Below are positions 46,443 through 57,074 of a DNA stretch of 64,000 nt, one piece after another (the first letter of the stretch is position 1; each line of letters opens with the position of its first letter). A program made the position numbers and the translations under genes. The stretch spans positions 1,813-65,812 of the forward strand of contig CAZEBS010000004.1 of NCBI GenBank assembly GCA_964510635.1, read 5' to 3'. Source of the stretch: an uncultured Candidatus Bathyarchaeia archaeon (GTDB lineage: Archaea; Thermoproteota; Bathyarchaeia; Bathyarchaeales; Bathyarchaeaceae). The notes beneath the pieces are model-generated. The model was not told the origin of the DNA. It made no database searches and worked only from the letters and a program-made list of their open reading frames with translations.

Positions 46443-47822
46443 ATGAAGAAAACCAAGATTGTGTGCACGATTGGTCCCGCCAGCCTGCAGGTTGAGACAT
46501 TGGAGCAGATGACTCGGGCGGGTATGAACTGTGCCAGAATAAACACTGCCTATGGAGAATTTGACCGCTACCAGACAGTAGTGGAAAATGTCAGGGAAGT
46601 AGCCGATATTCCTGTGATGATTGACCTTAAGGGTCCAGAAATCAGGCTTCGAACAGACGAAGAACTGGTTGTAGATGAGGGGGATGTTCTGGAGGTCGGC
46701 TTCAACAAAGAAGCAGTCAGCTTCAGCCACAACTTCATCGACCAAATGAAGGTCGGCGACGTGATTTTCATAGATAACGGCAGAATCAGAACAGAAGTCA
46801 CCAAAAAAGGCGACGAAACCATCAGCCTGACAATGAAAAACGGTGGAGAAATATCCAACGGCAAAGGCATCAACATCCCCAACAAGCAACTTACGCTGCC
46901 AACCCTCTCACAGAGGGACCTGAAGATTATCGAATTTGCGAAAAAACATGAAATCGAAATCTTGGCTCTTTCATTCACAAGAAACGCCAAAGACATACAA
47001 AACCTGCGGTCAGCTGCTGAAGGATTTGAGGGTACAGTTGTTGCCAAAATCGAAAACTTTGAGGGAATCAGAAACTTCGGCGAAATCTTGGACTCATCAG
47101 ACGCAATCATGGTTGCACGGGGCGACTTAGGCGTCGAAATAGAGCCTGAACGAGTTCCTCTGGTTCAGAAGTCTCTTATCCGCAGATGCAACCAACAGGG
47201 AAAACCTGTTGTAACCGCCACAGAAATGCTGGAATCCATGATGCATCAGCCCAACCCAACCAGAGCCGAAGTCAGCGACGTAGCAAACGCCATACTAGAC
47301 GGAACCGACGCAACCATGCTCTCCGGAGAAACTGCAGTCGGCAAATACCCAACAAAATCCACTGCCATGATGGCACGCATCGCCTTGGAAACAGAAAAAG
47401 CAACAAAAAGCACTGTAGAGGACAGGGGCTTCGTCAACATCTCAGACACAGTAAGCAGGTCCATCCAAAGCATCTGCCAAAACATGCCCCTAGCAAAAGT
47501 AGTCACATTGACCAGGTCAGGCTACACAGCAAAGATGATATCCCGATTCAAAATCAAACAACCAATAATCGCCGTTACGTCAAGCCCAATGTCAAAGAAG
47601 CAACTGGAAATAGTGTATGGAGTAGTCCCAGTACACTATGACTACCGCCAAGAAACCGACCGAATACATGCAGTAGCAAACAAACTCCACAACATGAAAC
47701 TGCTAGACTATGAAGATACGGTGCTCTTCACAGCCGCCTTCAGAACACACAAAAAACATGCAAGCAACCTCATCGAAATCCACCAAATCAAAGAACTACT
47801 AAACACAACAAAAGAAAACTGA
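46443..47822 (+). CDS. pyk: pyruvate kinase
   Basis: MKKTKIVCTIGPAS, MNCARINTAYG, DLKGPEIR, MVARGDLGVEI and ATEMLESM. Confidence 0.9.
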   Translation: MKKTKIVCTIGPASLQVETLEQMTRAGMNCARINTAYGEFDRYQTVVENVREVADIPVMIDLKGPEIRLRTDEELVVDEGDVLEVGFNKEAVSFSHNFIDQMKVGDVIFIDNGRIRTEVTKKGDETISLTMKNGGEISNGKGINIPNKQLTLPTLSQRDLKIIEFAKKHEIEILALSFTRNAKDIQNLRSAAEGFEGTVVAKIENFEGIRNFGEILDSSDAIMVARGDLGVEIEPERVPLVQKSLIRRCNQQGKPVVTATEMLESMMHQPNPTRAEVSDVANAILDGTDATMLSGETAVGKYPTKSTAMMARIALETEKATKSTVEDRGFVNISDTVSRSIQSICQNMPLAKVVTLTRSGYTAKMISRFKIKQPIIAVTSSPMSKKQLEIVYGVVPVHYDYRQETDRIHAVANKLHNMKLLDYEDTVLFTAAFRTHKKHASNLIEIHQIKELLNTTKEN

Positions 47823-48008
47823 ACCAGCCCCGTCATATTAGGAGCCTAATAGAGGTACATTGTTGAAAACAGTATTTTTTCAGAAAACTCGCAGCAGCAC
47901 CAATTTTTTGCCTAAAATAAGTTCATCAGAAGAGTGAGGGCTCTAAACTCCCCTACAGAACTTCACCAATTGCTACTCTTTTGGTAGCTGGGACGCATAT
48001 GAAGTGTT

Positions 48009-48278
48009 TTATCTGCACCATCTTTTCAGATAAGGAAACTTCGTTTTCAGCTGGGCTTTAGCCTGCTCGACAGTCATGTTTGGGACTTTTTCTGCCCACA
48101 CTTTTGCAGAAATGTCTAACATCATCTCCAAGGTTGCGTCAGGCTGAGTAAATGCGCCATCCTTATAGCAACGTACACAATAATGTTTGCTTCTTGTGCC
48201 GTCAGCTTCAGTACCACAAACTTCAGGGCTATCCAACGGCATGCAACAACTTTGACAAACTGGACCTTCAGCTTGCAT
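48009..48278 (-). CDS. zinc-ribbon domain protein (PF12674-like)
   Basis: CQSCCMPL...YCVRCYKDGAFT pattern of the putative zinc-ribbon family. Confidence 0.65.
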   Translation of the reverse strand: MQAEGPVCQSCCMPLDSPEVCGTEADGTRSKHYCVRCYKDGAFTQPDATLEMMLDISAKVWAEKVPNMTVEQAKAQLKTKFPYLKRWCR

Positions 48279-48442
48279 AACAAATCATCACTCAACAATG
48301 GGTCACGGTACTACTTAAAATAATCATTCTAGTGACGCTCTAAATTAGATGAAGTTCATAATCATCAACTGACTGTTTACCTAAAAGCTAAATTAGTTCG
48401 CCGTTAATTTTACGGTAAAACAGACTTCGTTGAGGCTGACTG

Positions 48443-50896
48443 ATGAAGAAGTTCCCCAAAAAATTCAATTTACTTGCCATCGAGGAGAAGTGGCAGCAGA
48501 ACTGGGAAAACATGGGCATCTACGTTTTCGACCGAACAGACAGCAGCCGCCCAGTCTTCACAATAGACACTCCTCCTCCATACCCTTCAGGCAACTTTCA
48601 CATGGGAAACGTCCTCAACTGGACATATATAGACGCCCTAGCCCGATACAAACGCATGAAAGGCTACAACGTCCTCTTTCCACAAGGCTGGGACTGCCAC
48701 GGACTCCCCACAGAAGTCAAAACCGAAGAAATACACAAAATCAAAAAAACTGATGTGCCCCCACAGGAATTCGTTAAGCTGTGCAAGCAGGTCATCAACA
48801 AGTACATAGCCATAATGAAGAAAGCCATCATCAGGCTCGGCTGCAGCGTAGACTGGACAACCGAATACAAAACCATGAACCCCAGCTACTGGAAAAACAC
48901 TCAGCTCAGCTTCATTATGCTTCACAAGAAGGGTTTAATCTACAAGGGAACGCATCCAATCAGCTGGTGCACAAGCTGCGAAACAGCAATCGCAGACGCA
49001 GAAGTTGAACATGAACAAAAAGAAGGCACCCTACACTACATAAAATTCATGCTGGAAGACGGCAACCATCTGACCATAGCTACAAGCCGACCTGAACTCT
49101 TGCAGGCTTGTGTAACCGTAGCCGTCAATCCCGAAGATGAACGATACAGCAAATACGTCGGCAAAAACATCACAGTTCCAGTAGCCAACCGCCAAGTCAA
49201 AATCATAGCCGAAAAAGAGGTAGACCCCGAATTCGGCACAGGCGTACTCATGATTTGCACATACGGCGACAAGGCTGACGTGCAAGCCGTTTCAACCCTC
49301 AAACTTACTCCCATCATTCTCATTGACGACAAAGGAAGAATGAACGAAAATGCAGGAAAATATGAGGGAATGACAGCTACAGAGGCACGAAAAGCCGTAG
49401 TCGCAGACCTAGAATCTGAGGGGCTGCTGGAAAAAACTGAGCCTCTACATCAAGAGGTTGGATGCTGCTGGAGATGCAAACATCCAATCGAAATACTGGA
49501 GCATGAACAGTGGTTCATGAAAACCAGAATCTTCACAGAACAAGTCAAAAAGAACACCCTAGATGTCACTTGGTATCCAGACTATATGAAAAAACGGATG
49601 ATAGACTGGACAAACAGCCTAGACTGGGACTGGGTAATCTCACGCCAAAGAATCTTCGCGACCCCAATCCCCGTATGGTACTGCAAAGAATGCCAAGAAA
49701 TCATCTTAGCCGAACCTGACTGGGTGCCCATAGACCCAAGAATCAACCCCCCAAAAATTGACCAGTGCCCCAAATGTGGCAGCACCGAGTTTATCCCCGA
49801 AACGGACGTGCTGGACACATGGTTTGACTCCTCCATAACCTGTGCAGTTCATGCGGGCTGGCCAGACAAACAGGACTGGCACAAACTGTATCCTGCTGAT
49901 GTGCATCCCTCAGGCTACGACATTATCCGCACATGGGCATACTATCTTATGGTCCGTCACCTTGCCCTCTTCGACGAGAAACCCTACAAGAGCGTCCTCA
50001 TCAATGGCATGGTCCTCGGAATCGACGGCAGAAAAATGAGCAAAAGCCTCGGCAACTTCGTAGCCACCCCTGACGTCTTCCAGAAGTATGGAGCTGATGC
50101 TCCCCGTCAATGGGCTACAGGCGGAGGCGCCACAGGCTCAGACATTCCCTTCAGATGGGAAGACGTAGAATACGCATGGAGATACCTACGCAAACTGTGG
50201 AACGCCTCAAAATTCGCCTCCATGCACCTAAAAGACTACAACACAGACAAGAAACCACCGAAACTTGAACTCATAGACTGCTGGCTGCTAAGCAAGATGG
50301 AGCAGGTCACCAAAAAGGTAACCGATGCAATGGACAACTGCCAATTTAACGTAGCCACTTACGAAATCAGGAAATTCACTTGGCACAGCTTCTGCGACAA
50401 CTACATCGAAGCCGTAAAACATCGGCTTTACCAGCCTGAAATTTATGGCAAAGAAAAGAGAACTGCTGCCCAATACACCCTTTACACTGCAATTTACCGA
50501 ATCATCCAGCTTCTTGCCCCAATTTCGCCCCACATCGCTGAAGAACTCTATCAGATTATGTATGCTGATGACAAGAGCCTTGAGAGCATTCACGTTTCTT
50601 TGTGGCCTCTCCTACAAGAGGAGCTGGTTGATGAAGCTGCAGAGGAGAAGGGTGACTTGATTGTTGCTGTGATGGGGGAAATTCGGAGAGACAAAGCGGA
50701 GAACCAGAAGCCCTTGAATGCGCCTATCCAGAAGCTAATTTTATACACTGAAGACAAACAAAAAGCAGCTATCCTAGCAGACGCAAAAGAGGACCTTTCG
50801 GGAACCCTCAAAGTAGAGCAAATGTACATCCAATCAAAAGGAAAAGGACGAGAAGTAAAAGGATACACAGACGTCTACTTTGATGCCAAATATTAG
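48443..50896 (+). CDS. valS: valine--tRNA ligase
   Basis: PPPYPSGNFHMGN (HIGH), GWDCHGLPTE, WCTSCETAIADAEVE, DVLDTWFDSS and GRKMSKSLGN. The 817-aa length fits archaeal ValRS rather than IleRS or LeuRS. Confidence 0.8.
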   Translation: MKKFPKKFNLLAIEEKWQQNWENMGIYVFDRTDSSRPVFTIDTPPPYPSGNFHMGNVLNWTYIDALARYKRMKGYNVLFPQGWDCHGLPTEVKTEEIHKIKKTDVPPQEFVKLCKQVINKYIAIMKKAIIRLGCSVDWTTEYKTMNPSYWKNTQLSFIMLHKKGLIYKGTHPISWCTSCETAIADAEVEHEQKEGTLHYIKFMLEDGNHLTIATSRPELLQACVTVAVNPEDERYSKYVGKNITVPVANRQVKIIAEKEVDPEFGTGVLMICTYGDKADVQAVSTLKLTPIILIDDKGRMNENAGKYEGMTATEARKAVVADLESEGLLEKTEPLHQEVGCCWRCKHPIEILEHEQWFMKTRIFTEQVKKNTLDVTWYPDYMKKRMIDWTNSLDWDWVISRQRIFATPIPVWYCKECQEIILAEPDWVPIDPRINPPKIDQCPKCGSTEFIPETDVLDTWFDSSITCAVHAGWPDKQDWHKLYPADVHPSGYDIIRTWAYYLMVRHLALFDEKPYKSVLINGMVLGIDGRKMSKSLGNFVATPDVFQKYGADAPRQWATGGGATGSDIPFRWEDVEYAWRYLRKLWNASKFASMHLKDYNTDKKPPKLELIDCWLLSKMEQVTKKVTDAMDNCQFNVATYEIRKFTWHSFCDNYIEAVKHRLYQPEIYGKEKRTAAQYTLYTAIYRIIQLLAPISPHIAEELYQIMYADDKSLESIHVSLWPLLQEELVDEAAEEKGDLIVAVMGEIRRDKAENQKPLNAPIQKLILYTEDKQKAAILADAKEDLSGTLKVEQMYIQSKGKGREVKGYTDVYFDAKY

Positions 50897-52152
50897 GCTG
50901 CAGCCTTGTAACGTAGAATCGCGGCTACTCCGCCAAAAGATTTCTTTAGCATCTGACCTTCTTCCGTGTCGCCAGACAAAACCTCTACAGTTGTTCCTGC
51001 CAGTTCGGCTGTTTCTGCCAGTTCGTCAATGAGCTCCTTGTTCTCCTCTACTGCGAGAGTTGGAACGCTACATTTTGGGCATGCGGCACCGTTTGTTTGT
51101 TGCTCAAACCCTTGAACCTCATGCAGTTTCATGGTTTCTTCTTTGGTGTAGTCGCAGGAGCCACACTTGACTGTGACTCGGACGTTTTCTAGGTCTTCGG
51201 AGAGCAGAAGTGTGTCTACGATGCCGTTGTTCAGGTATTTTCTTACCTCTTCTTCGCCGTATGTGGCTAAGCCTGTGTCTTGACCGATTTCGCGGAGAAA
51301 CTTCTGCATAATCTTCTTTTCTGCAACATAACGTATCCGCCGCAGAATCTCCTCAGATTTCTCCACAACCTCCTCCACTCCCCTGTCATTCACATAAGAG
51401 GTGTCAATAACAGCCACAATCTTCTCCTTCAAAGTATACTGAAGATAGTTGCCCTTCTCAAAATCAAATTTTGTGGGTCCAGGACCACCCAAAAGCAGGC
51501 TCTTAAGATTCTCAATGGGAAGAAAGATTTCGTTGGCATGTTCTCCCACCCGATTGAAGAACTCCTGCATCTTTGCCTCTCTTTGCCGGTCAAACCTTCT
51601 AGCAGACTGTCCTCCAGCCCTGAACTTTCCAGGAATACCTGAGCTAATCTGTTTCACAATCTCGAGACGTTTTCCTCTAACCGTAGCAAAAACTGCATTT
51701 GAAGCATCCAAAACAATAATTCCGAATGTTTCCTTTTCTTTCAGGAACTCTGCTAGATGTTCAGTGTGGAATCTGGCATCACAGCGATACAGGTAAATCT
51801 GAATCGGCTCAGGAGGCGATATTATGTACAATTCGATTTTTTCGCTTCCCGGACCATTCTGGGGGATTGCTCCGCAGAAGAGCACCAATCCATTTTCGGG
51901 CACCTTCTTAAACATCTTCATTCGCTGCGTGACTCTGGTTATGGCGTCCTGAACGTTCTTTCTTGTGGTGTTAGATTTGATATTGGAGGCTGTTCCATAC
52001 TCGTTATTTAGCATCGTCACTACTTCGCTGACCTGACGCCCTGGGGGCACATAGAGTGAGACCAGTTCTGTTCCTCTGCCTTCTCTGGCTGCTAGTCTCT
52101 GTAGATTCCGTTTTAGGCGAAACCGTAGCAGAGAATCTTGTTTAGTGCTCAA
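50893..52152 (-). CDS. prf1: peptide chain release factor aRF1
   Basis: TASNIKSNTTRKNV (NIKS) and FRAGGQSARRF (GGQ). C-terminal zinc-knuckle-like CGSC...CPKC insertion. Confidence 0.95.
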   Translation of the reverse strand: MSTKQDSLLRFRLKRNLQRLAAREGRGTELVSLYVPPGRQVSEVVTMLNNEYGTASNIKSNTTRKNVQDAITRVTQRMKMFKKVPENGLVLFCGAIPQNGPGSEKIELYIISPPEPIQIYLYRCDARFHTEHLAEFLKEKETFGIIVLDASNAVFATVRGKRLEIVKQISSGIPGKFRAGGQSARRFDRQREAKMQEFFNRVGEHANEIFLPIENLKSLLLGGPGPTKFDFEKGNYLQYTLKEKIVAVIDTSYVNDRGVEEVVEKSEEILRRIRYVAEKKIMQKFLREIGQDTGLATYGEEEVRKYLNNGIVDTLLLSEDLENVRVTVKCGSCDYTKEETMKLHEVQGFEQQTNGAACPKCSVPTLAVEENKELIDELAETAELAGTTVEVLSGDTEEGQMLKKSFGGVAAILRYKAAA

Positions 52153-52338
52153 CGTTCATTACGCTCTCTGATTATATCGCTATTCAATGTAGCATATCTG
52201 ATAAAAGTTGTCTTTTAGGTCTGCAGAACAGTTGACTTTGTGTTTCGCTAAAACTTGCTTCAGGGTTTAAGGGCAAGATTATTCAAATCGAACCTTACTA
52301 TCTGTGTGAGTAGAAAAGGGATTATGTGATGCTTAGGG

Positions 52339-53289
52339 GTGGAGTGTAGGCTGTTAGCTCAAAGACTGGTGTTTGTTGGTCACATTTCTGTTGACAAGGT
52401 CGAAAACGTCAACGGCACCCGACTACAGCCAGGAGGCGCAGCCCTGTACGCGGCGATGGCAGCCAGAACCCTGTCCCCAAACGTCACCTTGATTTCAGCC
52501 ACTGGAAAAGACAACCAGTTCCTTGATGCCCTGAATCTTCTGCCATACAAGGACGTGAAAATCTATGATGCTCCATCCACACGTTTTCACATCAGGTATG
52601 ACCGCCGCTGGGAAGCCCATTACCTGAAAGCATCTCACGGCGCTGGCTCCAGAATAACGTCCCGCATGATATCAGCCAAGTGGCTTAGGCACAAGAGCAT
52701 ATTCCATATTTCGCCTATGCAGCCTTCAAAGGTTGCCAAAATAGTAGACAAGATAAAACAGAAGTCTCCAGAAACCAAAGTTTCCGTTAACACATGGATA
52801 GACTACATCAGAGAGAGACGGAGAAACAGGAAAATCCTTAAGGACGTTGCCTTGAAGGCGGACTTTTTTGTTGTAAACGACACGGAAGCCAAAGCGTTAG
52901 CCCAAACAGATTCCCTCTCTTCCGCAGTCAGACTTCTCAAAGCCAAAAGGCTGATTGTCACCTTAGGAAGCTTGGGAGCCATAATCAGTGAAGAAAACGG
53001 TAACCTGCAGATGGTTCCCGCCTTGACTCTGCCTCCAGACAAGGTTGTTGACACCACTGGAGCAGGAGACGTGTGGTGCGGAGCCTTTCTAGCCACCTAC
53101 AACCTCACCGAAGATTTCGCCAAATCAGTTAGCGCCGCATCAACCATTTCCCGCATAAAATGTTCAGATTGGGGATTCCAGAGCCTAATCAAGTTGCGGT
53201 TCAGGGAACCCAACGATGTGGTAGAGTTTGTTATGGGGTTGAAAGATGGGGGCATTCAAAAAAGAATGCTTGATTACATGGAAAACTGA
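52339..53289 (+). CDS. PfkB-family carbohydrate/nucleoside kinase
   Basis: GGAALYAAMAA at the N-terminus and the VDTTGAGDVWCGAFLA anion-hole motif. Confidence 0.8.
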   Translation: MECRLLAQRLVFVGHISVDKVENVNGTRLQPGGAALYAAMAARTLSPNVTLISATGKDNQFLDALNLLPYKDVKIYDAPSTRFHIRYDRRWEAHYLKASHGAGSRITSRMISAKWLRHKSIFHISPMQPSKVAKIVDKIKQKSPETKVSVNTWIDYIRERRRNRKILKDVALKADFFVVNDTEAKALAQTDSLSSAVRLLKAKRLIVTLGSLGAIISEENGNLQMVPALTLPPDKVVDTTGAGDVWCGAFLATYNLTEDFAKSVSAASTISRIKCSDWGFQSLIKLRFREPNDVVEFVMGLKDGGIQKRMLDYMEN

Positions 53290-53421
53290 ACCTATCATCT
53301 TGTTCCCATTTTTCCCTGTGTCACTGCAAAAAATTAGGTGTGCCGTCAAATCTGCGTGTTCGTTTAGAAAAGAAACATTATTTAGTGTATTCTACCCGCA
53401 TTAGATGTGGAGAGATTTGTA

Positions 53422-53661
53422 ATGCCTATGGCTTATGTGTTGATCAACACCGAACCAAAATTCATGGAAAAAGTCGTAGAAACTTTGGAAACACTTGATT
53501 CTGTTGTGGAAATATTTCCTGTCTACGGAGTCTACGATGTAGTTGCCAAAGTTAAAGCAGACAGCATGGACAAACTCAAAGAAATTGTCACATGGAAAGT
53601 GCGAAGCCTAGACGAGGTCAGGTCAACCATAACCATGCTAATCCTTGATGAAAAGAAGTAG
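53422..53661 (+). CDS. stand-alone Lrp/AsnC ligand-binding (RAM) domain protein
   Basis: MPMAYVLINTEP...VVEIFPVYGVYDVVAKVKADSMDKLKEIV... Confidence 0.7.
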   Translation: MPMAYVLINTEPKFMEKVVETLETLDSVVEIFPVYGVYDVVAKVKADSMDKLKEIVTWKVRSLDEVRSTITMLILDEKK

Positions 53662-53711
53662 CATAACTAGTCTTTCGTTTCATTTCCTACCAAAACGAGG
53701 CGTGAACCACT

Positions 53712-54248
53712 GTGAAGCGTGCTCTAGTGCTCTACTGGTCTAACACCGGAAACACCGAAAAAGTGGCATTTGCGATAAAAGAGGGCTTAGAGGCTGCAGG
53801 AGTAAACGTTTCTCTGAAGCGAACAACAGAAGCAGATGACGTAGACTATTTTGATTATGATCTTGTCTGTGTTGGTGCTCCTTCTATTCAGTGGCATCCG
53901 CCCAAACAGGTTACAGAGTTTTTGCTCAAAAAATTCAACGAAAACAGAAAACAAGAAAGAATCAAGACCGGTGCATCAAAAGTTCCCGGAAAACACGCCC
54001 TGATGTTCTGCACCTATTCTGGACCCCATACAGGACTCCGCGAGGCAACGCCTGTGGGCTTGTATATGGGTCAGTTCTTTGAGCACATCGGATTCACAGT
54101 AGTGGATGAATGGTATGTTCTCAGCGAATTCATCGGCAATGAGGAACGCAGCACAAAAGGCAGAATGGGCGACATCAGAGGAAAGCCTACAAAAGAGGAA
54201 CTGCAAAAAATAATGATGGACGCCAAAAAATTGGCTTCCAAAATTTGA
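53712..54248 (+). CDS. flavodoxin-family protein
   Basis: ALVLYWSNTGNTEKVAFAI (FMN phosphate loop) ...VGAPS. Confidence 0.75.
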   Translation: MKRALVLYWSNTGNTEKVAFAIKEGLEAAGVNVSLKRTTEADDVDYFDYDLVCVGAPSIQWHPPKQVTEFLLKKFNENRKQERIKTGASKVPGKHALMFCTYSGPHTGLREATPVGLYMGQFFEHIGFTVVDEWYVLSEFIGNEERSTKGRMGDIRGKPTKEELQKIMMDAKKLASKI

Positions 54249-54250
54249 GT

Positions 54251-54637
54251 CTATTCGACTGTGATTTCTTTTGGTTTTCCTTCCCAGACTCCGTGTAGGT
54301 TACAGAACTCCTGTGCCCGTAGGGCGGCTGATTCTTTCAATGTTACGTTGATTGTTAGGACGTAGCCGTCTGACAACTCAGCACCAAAGGCTGTTCTGCT
54401 TATCAATCGGTCTCCAGCAAAGAGGGCAACCCAGTTTATCCAGTGGCTCAAAGTGTTTGGGTGCTCAACGCCGTCGATTCCACCAACCTTGATCTTCACG
54501 GCAAATGACTCGTTGGCTTTTACTTTGCTGGGCGCTTCGATAATGGGCGTGTGCTTCTTTGCCATTACGGTAAGATTAGTCCAGTCTGCTGGTTTATTCA
54601 GTTTGGTCAATGAGAAATCTTCACTCAAAACATTCAC
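54251..54637 (-). CDS. superoxide reductase (neelaredoxin / class II desulfoferrodoxin)
   Basis: KHTPIIEAP, GVEHPNTLSHWINWV and FCNLHGVW (Cys-x2-His ligands). Confidence 0.85.
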   Translation of the reverse strand: MNVLSEDFSLTKLNKPADWTNLTVMAKKHTPIIEAPSKVKANESFAVKIKVGGIDGVEHPNTLSHWINWVALFAGDRLISRTAFGAELSDGYVLTINVTLKESAALRAQEFCNLHGVWEGKPKEITVE

Positions 54638-54678
54638 AACTCCAGAATAAACTGTTTTTCGGGCTCTAAAAAACCTTA

Positions 54679-56232
54679 TTATATTTTCTTTTCTGCGCCT
54701 TTTTCGGGTATGTGAATTGTGCCTGCAGGGTTCCTGAACAGTTCAGGATGTTCAGTGTGCACGGGAATTAGGAGCTTAGGCTTGATCTTGTTTATCATTT
54801 CCTGTATTTCTGGACCAGACGCGTGACCGCTAGCGTGAATCTGGTATGGTCTGCACTCATTCTCGACGTTGATTTTGAAGTGCTTCAGCCATCGTATCAT
54901 CCGTTCGTGAGAGAGCTCCATTTTGGGATTGAATGGTTCACATTGTGCCCTCACAAACACGGAGCCTTCAGGAAGAACAAAGTCTAAGATGTTTTTGAAC
55001 CTGAAATAGTCCAGATGCAACACGTAGCTGGATGGGTTCTCGCTGAGCTCGAGGGCGGATATTCCCTTTTCCAAGTGCTTCGTGTCCACCACTATGTTGG
55101 GTTTGCTGCTCCATTCCGAAAGGGGCATGTCCCCAGCTTTGTGCTTGGAGTTGCTGTAATCGCCCGGAGAATAGAGCATAGACCCGCATCTTTCAAGGAA
55201 CACTCTGGCGCCCTCGTCATAGGTGCTTCTTCCAATCTTGGCTAGCAAGTAGGCTAGCCGCGGATCAAAAACTGGGATTCTGCCGCTTTTTATTGCTGCG
55301 TCCCGAACAGTTTCGTACCTGTCTATGTCCTTCCAAGTGAAGCCGACCATAACTAGTCCTTCACATTTTGATATTATGTCGGTGAGGTCTGTTTCCACCT
55401 TTTTTTCGTCGTCTGGTTCAGTTTTGTCGATGCGGGTTCCTTCACAAAACATCACGTCTGGCGCAAGCCCATTCAGTTCCTCTCCCAGATTGTAGCCAGA
55501 TTTGCCATGGAATCGTATGTCTCCAGTGTACAGGACCTGTGAGTCTTCTGATTCAACGAGACAAGCCATAGAACCTGGTATCGAATGGTCAACATTGAAT
55601 CCTGTAATCGTTAAACCGTTCTCGATTGCGCGAGGTTTCTTATGCTCTAAATTACGGAATTCCCGCTCTTCCTCATCCTTCGAATAGCCTACTTTTGGTT
55701 CACCTGCAAAAAAGCCCGTCTTCAGCATCCCCATTTCACGTCTTTTAACAGCCGTCAACTGCCTATCCAAACCCTGCAAATTCCCAATCTCAGCCACAGC
55801 CTCCATCAGGTTCTGCGTCATCTCGGAACACAAAAACGGCACATCTCCCAAATATGGAGCATACCCACAATGATCCAGATGGGCATGAGAAATAAACAGG
55901 GCATCAGGATGCCAAGAACTTGCCTTCACTGCCTCCTCAAAACTTTGTACATCCAATTTCCACAAGTTTTTTGCCTTAACTTTGTAATTTTCGAAATCCT
56001 TTGGGCAAAGGGCATCATGCCTGTAGACCCCATCTATGTTTGGTAACAAACCCAGATTCAGCAGGTCATGTATTTTGCATGCTGAACGAGGCTGCAGAAA
56101 CTCTTCAAAAAACAGGCTCTCTTCACTGTATGACAGCCCAAAATCTAGGAAGATTGACCCCTTATCGAATTTGACAAGAAGCTTGTTTCCTCCAATGTCA
56201 TTCACTCCCCCATAACAAGCAATCCTGATCAT
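54679..56232 (-). CDS. beta-CASP metallo-beta-lactamase ribonuclease (archaeal RNase J-like)
   Basis: YGGVNDIGGNKLL, ISHAHLDHCG and HASGHASGPEIQEMINKIKPKLLIPVHTEHP. Confidence 0.75.
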   Translation of the reverse strand: MIRIACYGGVNDIGGNKLLVKFDKGSIFLDFGLSYSEESLFFEEFLQPRSACKIHDLLNLGLLPNIDGVYRHDALCPKDFENYKVKAKNLWKLDVQSFEEAVKASSWHPDALFISHAHLDHCGYAPYLGDVPFLCSEMTQNLMEAVAEIGNLQGLDRQLTAVKRREMGMLKTGFFAGEPKVGYSKDEEEREFRNLEHKKPRAIENGLTITGFNVDHSIPGSMACLVESEDSQVLYTGDIRFHGKSGYNLGEELNGLAPDVMFCEGTRIDKTEPDDEKKVETDLTDIISKCEGLVMVGFTWKDIDRYETVRDAAIKSGRIPVFDPRLAYLLAKIGRSTYDEGARVFLERCGSMLYSPGDYSNSKHKAGDMPLSEWSSKPNIVVDTKHLEKGISALELSENPSSYVLHLDYFRFKNILDFVLPEGSVFVRAQCEPFNPKMELSHERMIRWLKHFKINVENECRPYQIHASGHASGPEIQEMINKIKPKLLIPVHTEHPELFRNPAGTIHIPEKGAEKKI

Positions 56233-56308
56233 CAGATAGACCCCGCAACAAAAGTTACTTCTCAGAGCCGAATATAAAACGTCTCCACAAGATCAGGAAC
56301 TGGATGAT

Positions 56309-56905
56309 TCAGGGAGACGCTTCTAGGAACCTGTGGATTGCCGAGTCGTATCTTGCGGTTTCTTTGAAGGCTTCCACAGCCAAAGCCTTTCTCGTTTCAA
56401 CAGTTATGTTGCCGTTCTTTTTGTATTCGTTGAGAATTTGATCGTATCTGCTGGGGTTAACGACTACAACTACGTTTTCAAAATTCTTTGCCGCCGCCCG
56501 AATCATGTTGGGTCCACCTATGTCAATGTTCTCTAGGGCGGTTTTCATGTCTGCTCCTCTAGCCGTTACCTTTTCGAAGGGATACAGATTGCAGACAACC
56601 AAGTCAACCGCTTCTATTCCATGTCTTTCAAGGTCCCTCACATGATCTTCCTTGTCTCTTAGGGCAAGTATGCCGCCAATCAGCTTTGGATGCTCGGTCT
56701 TAACTCTGCCCTTCAGTATCTCAGGAAACCCCGTGACTTCAGAAACATGTTTCACAGACTGGATTCCTGCATTCTTCAAAGTTTCATAGGTTCCGCCTGT
56801 CGAAATTATTTCAATTCCCATTTTGTCTAGTTCTCTGGCAAAATCAGTGATGCCTGTCTTGTCATACACCGAGATTAGGGCACGTTTCACAGTAGTCAAC
56901 ACCAT
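56309..56905 (-). CDS. IMP cyclohydrolase, stand-alone PurH N-terminal (MGS-like) domain
   Basis: RALISVYDKTGI, STGGTYETL, GFPEILKGRVKTEHPKLIGGIL, VCNLYPF and IDIGGPNMIRAAAKN. ATG at 56905. No AICAR-transformylase domain follows. Confidence 0.85.
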   Translation of the reverse strand: MVLTTVKRALISVYDKTGITDFARELDKMGIEIISTGGTYETLKNAGIQSVKHVSEVTGFPEILKGRVKTEHPKLIGGILALRDKEDHVRDLERHGIEAVDLVVCNLYPFEKVTARGADMKTALENIDIGGPNMIRAAAKNFENVVVVVNPSRYDQILNEYKKNGNITVETRKALAVEAFKETARYDSAIHRFLEASP

Positions 56906-57074
56906 CAATGCTATCCTGTTAATGGGACTAATGAAACAAAAGTCTTTCAACCTCATTTTTGCCAAAAATTAAAAAGGAAACCGAACGAAAATAGCAGAGT
57001 GGAAACAGGTTCACGTATGAATTTGATTCCAGACAAGCAAAACAAAGGAGACAACAAAAAGAGGAGGTGTCTGT

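Noticed and set aside
46383-47110. Two long minus-strand ORFs (168 and 180 aa) and a basic plus-strand alternate frame (47186-47641) within the pyruvate kinase region
   Set aside because: They lie entirely inside the well-supported pyk frame. Their translations are compositionally odd (F/V/D-rich, S/L-rich and R/N/H-rich) with no motifs.
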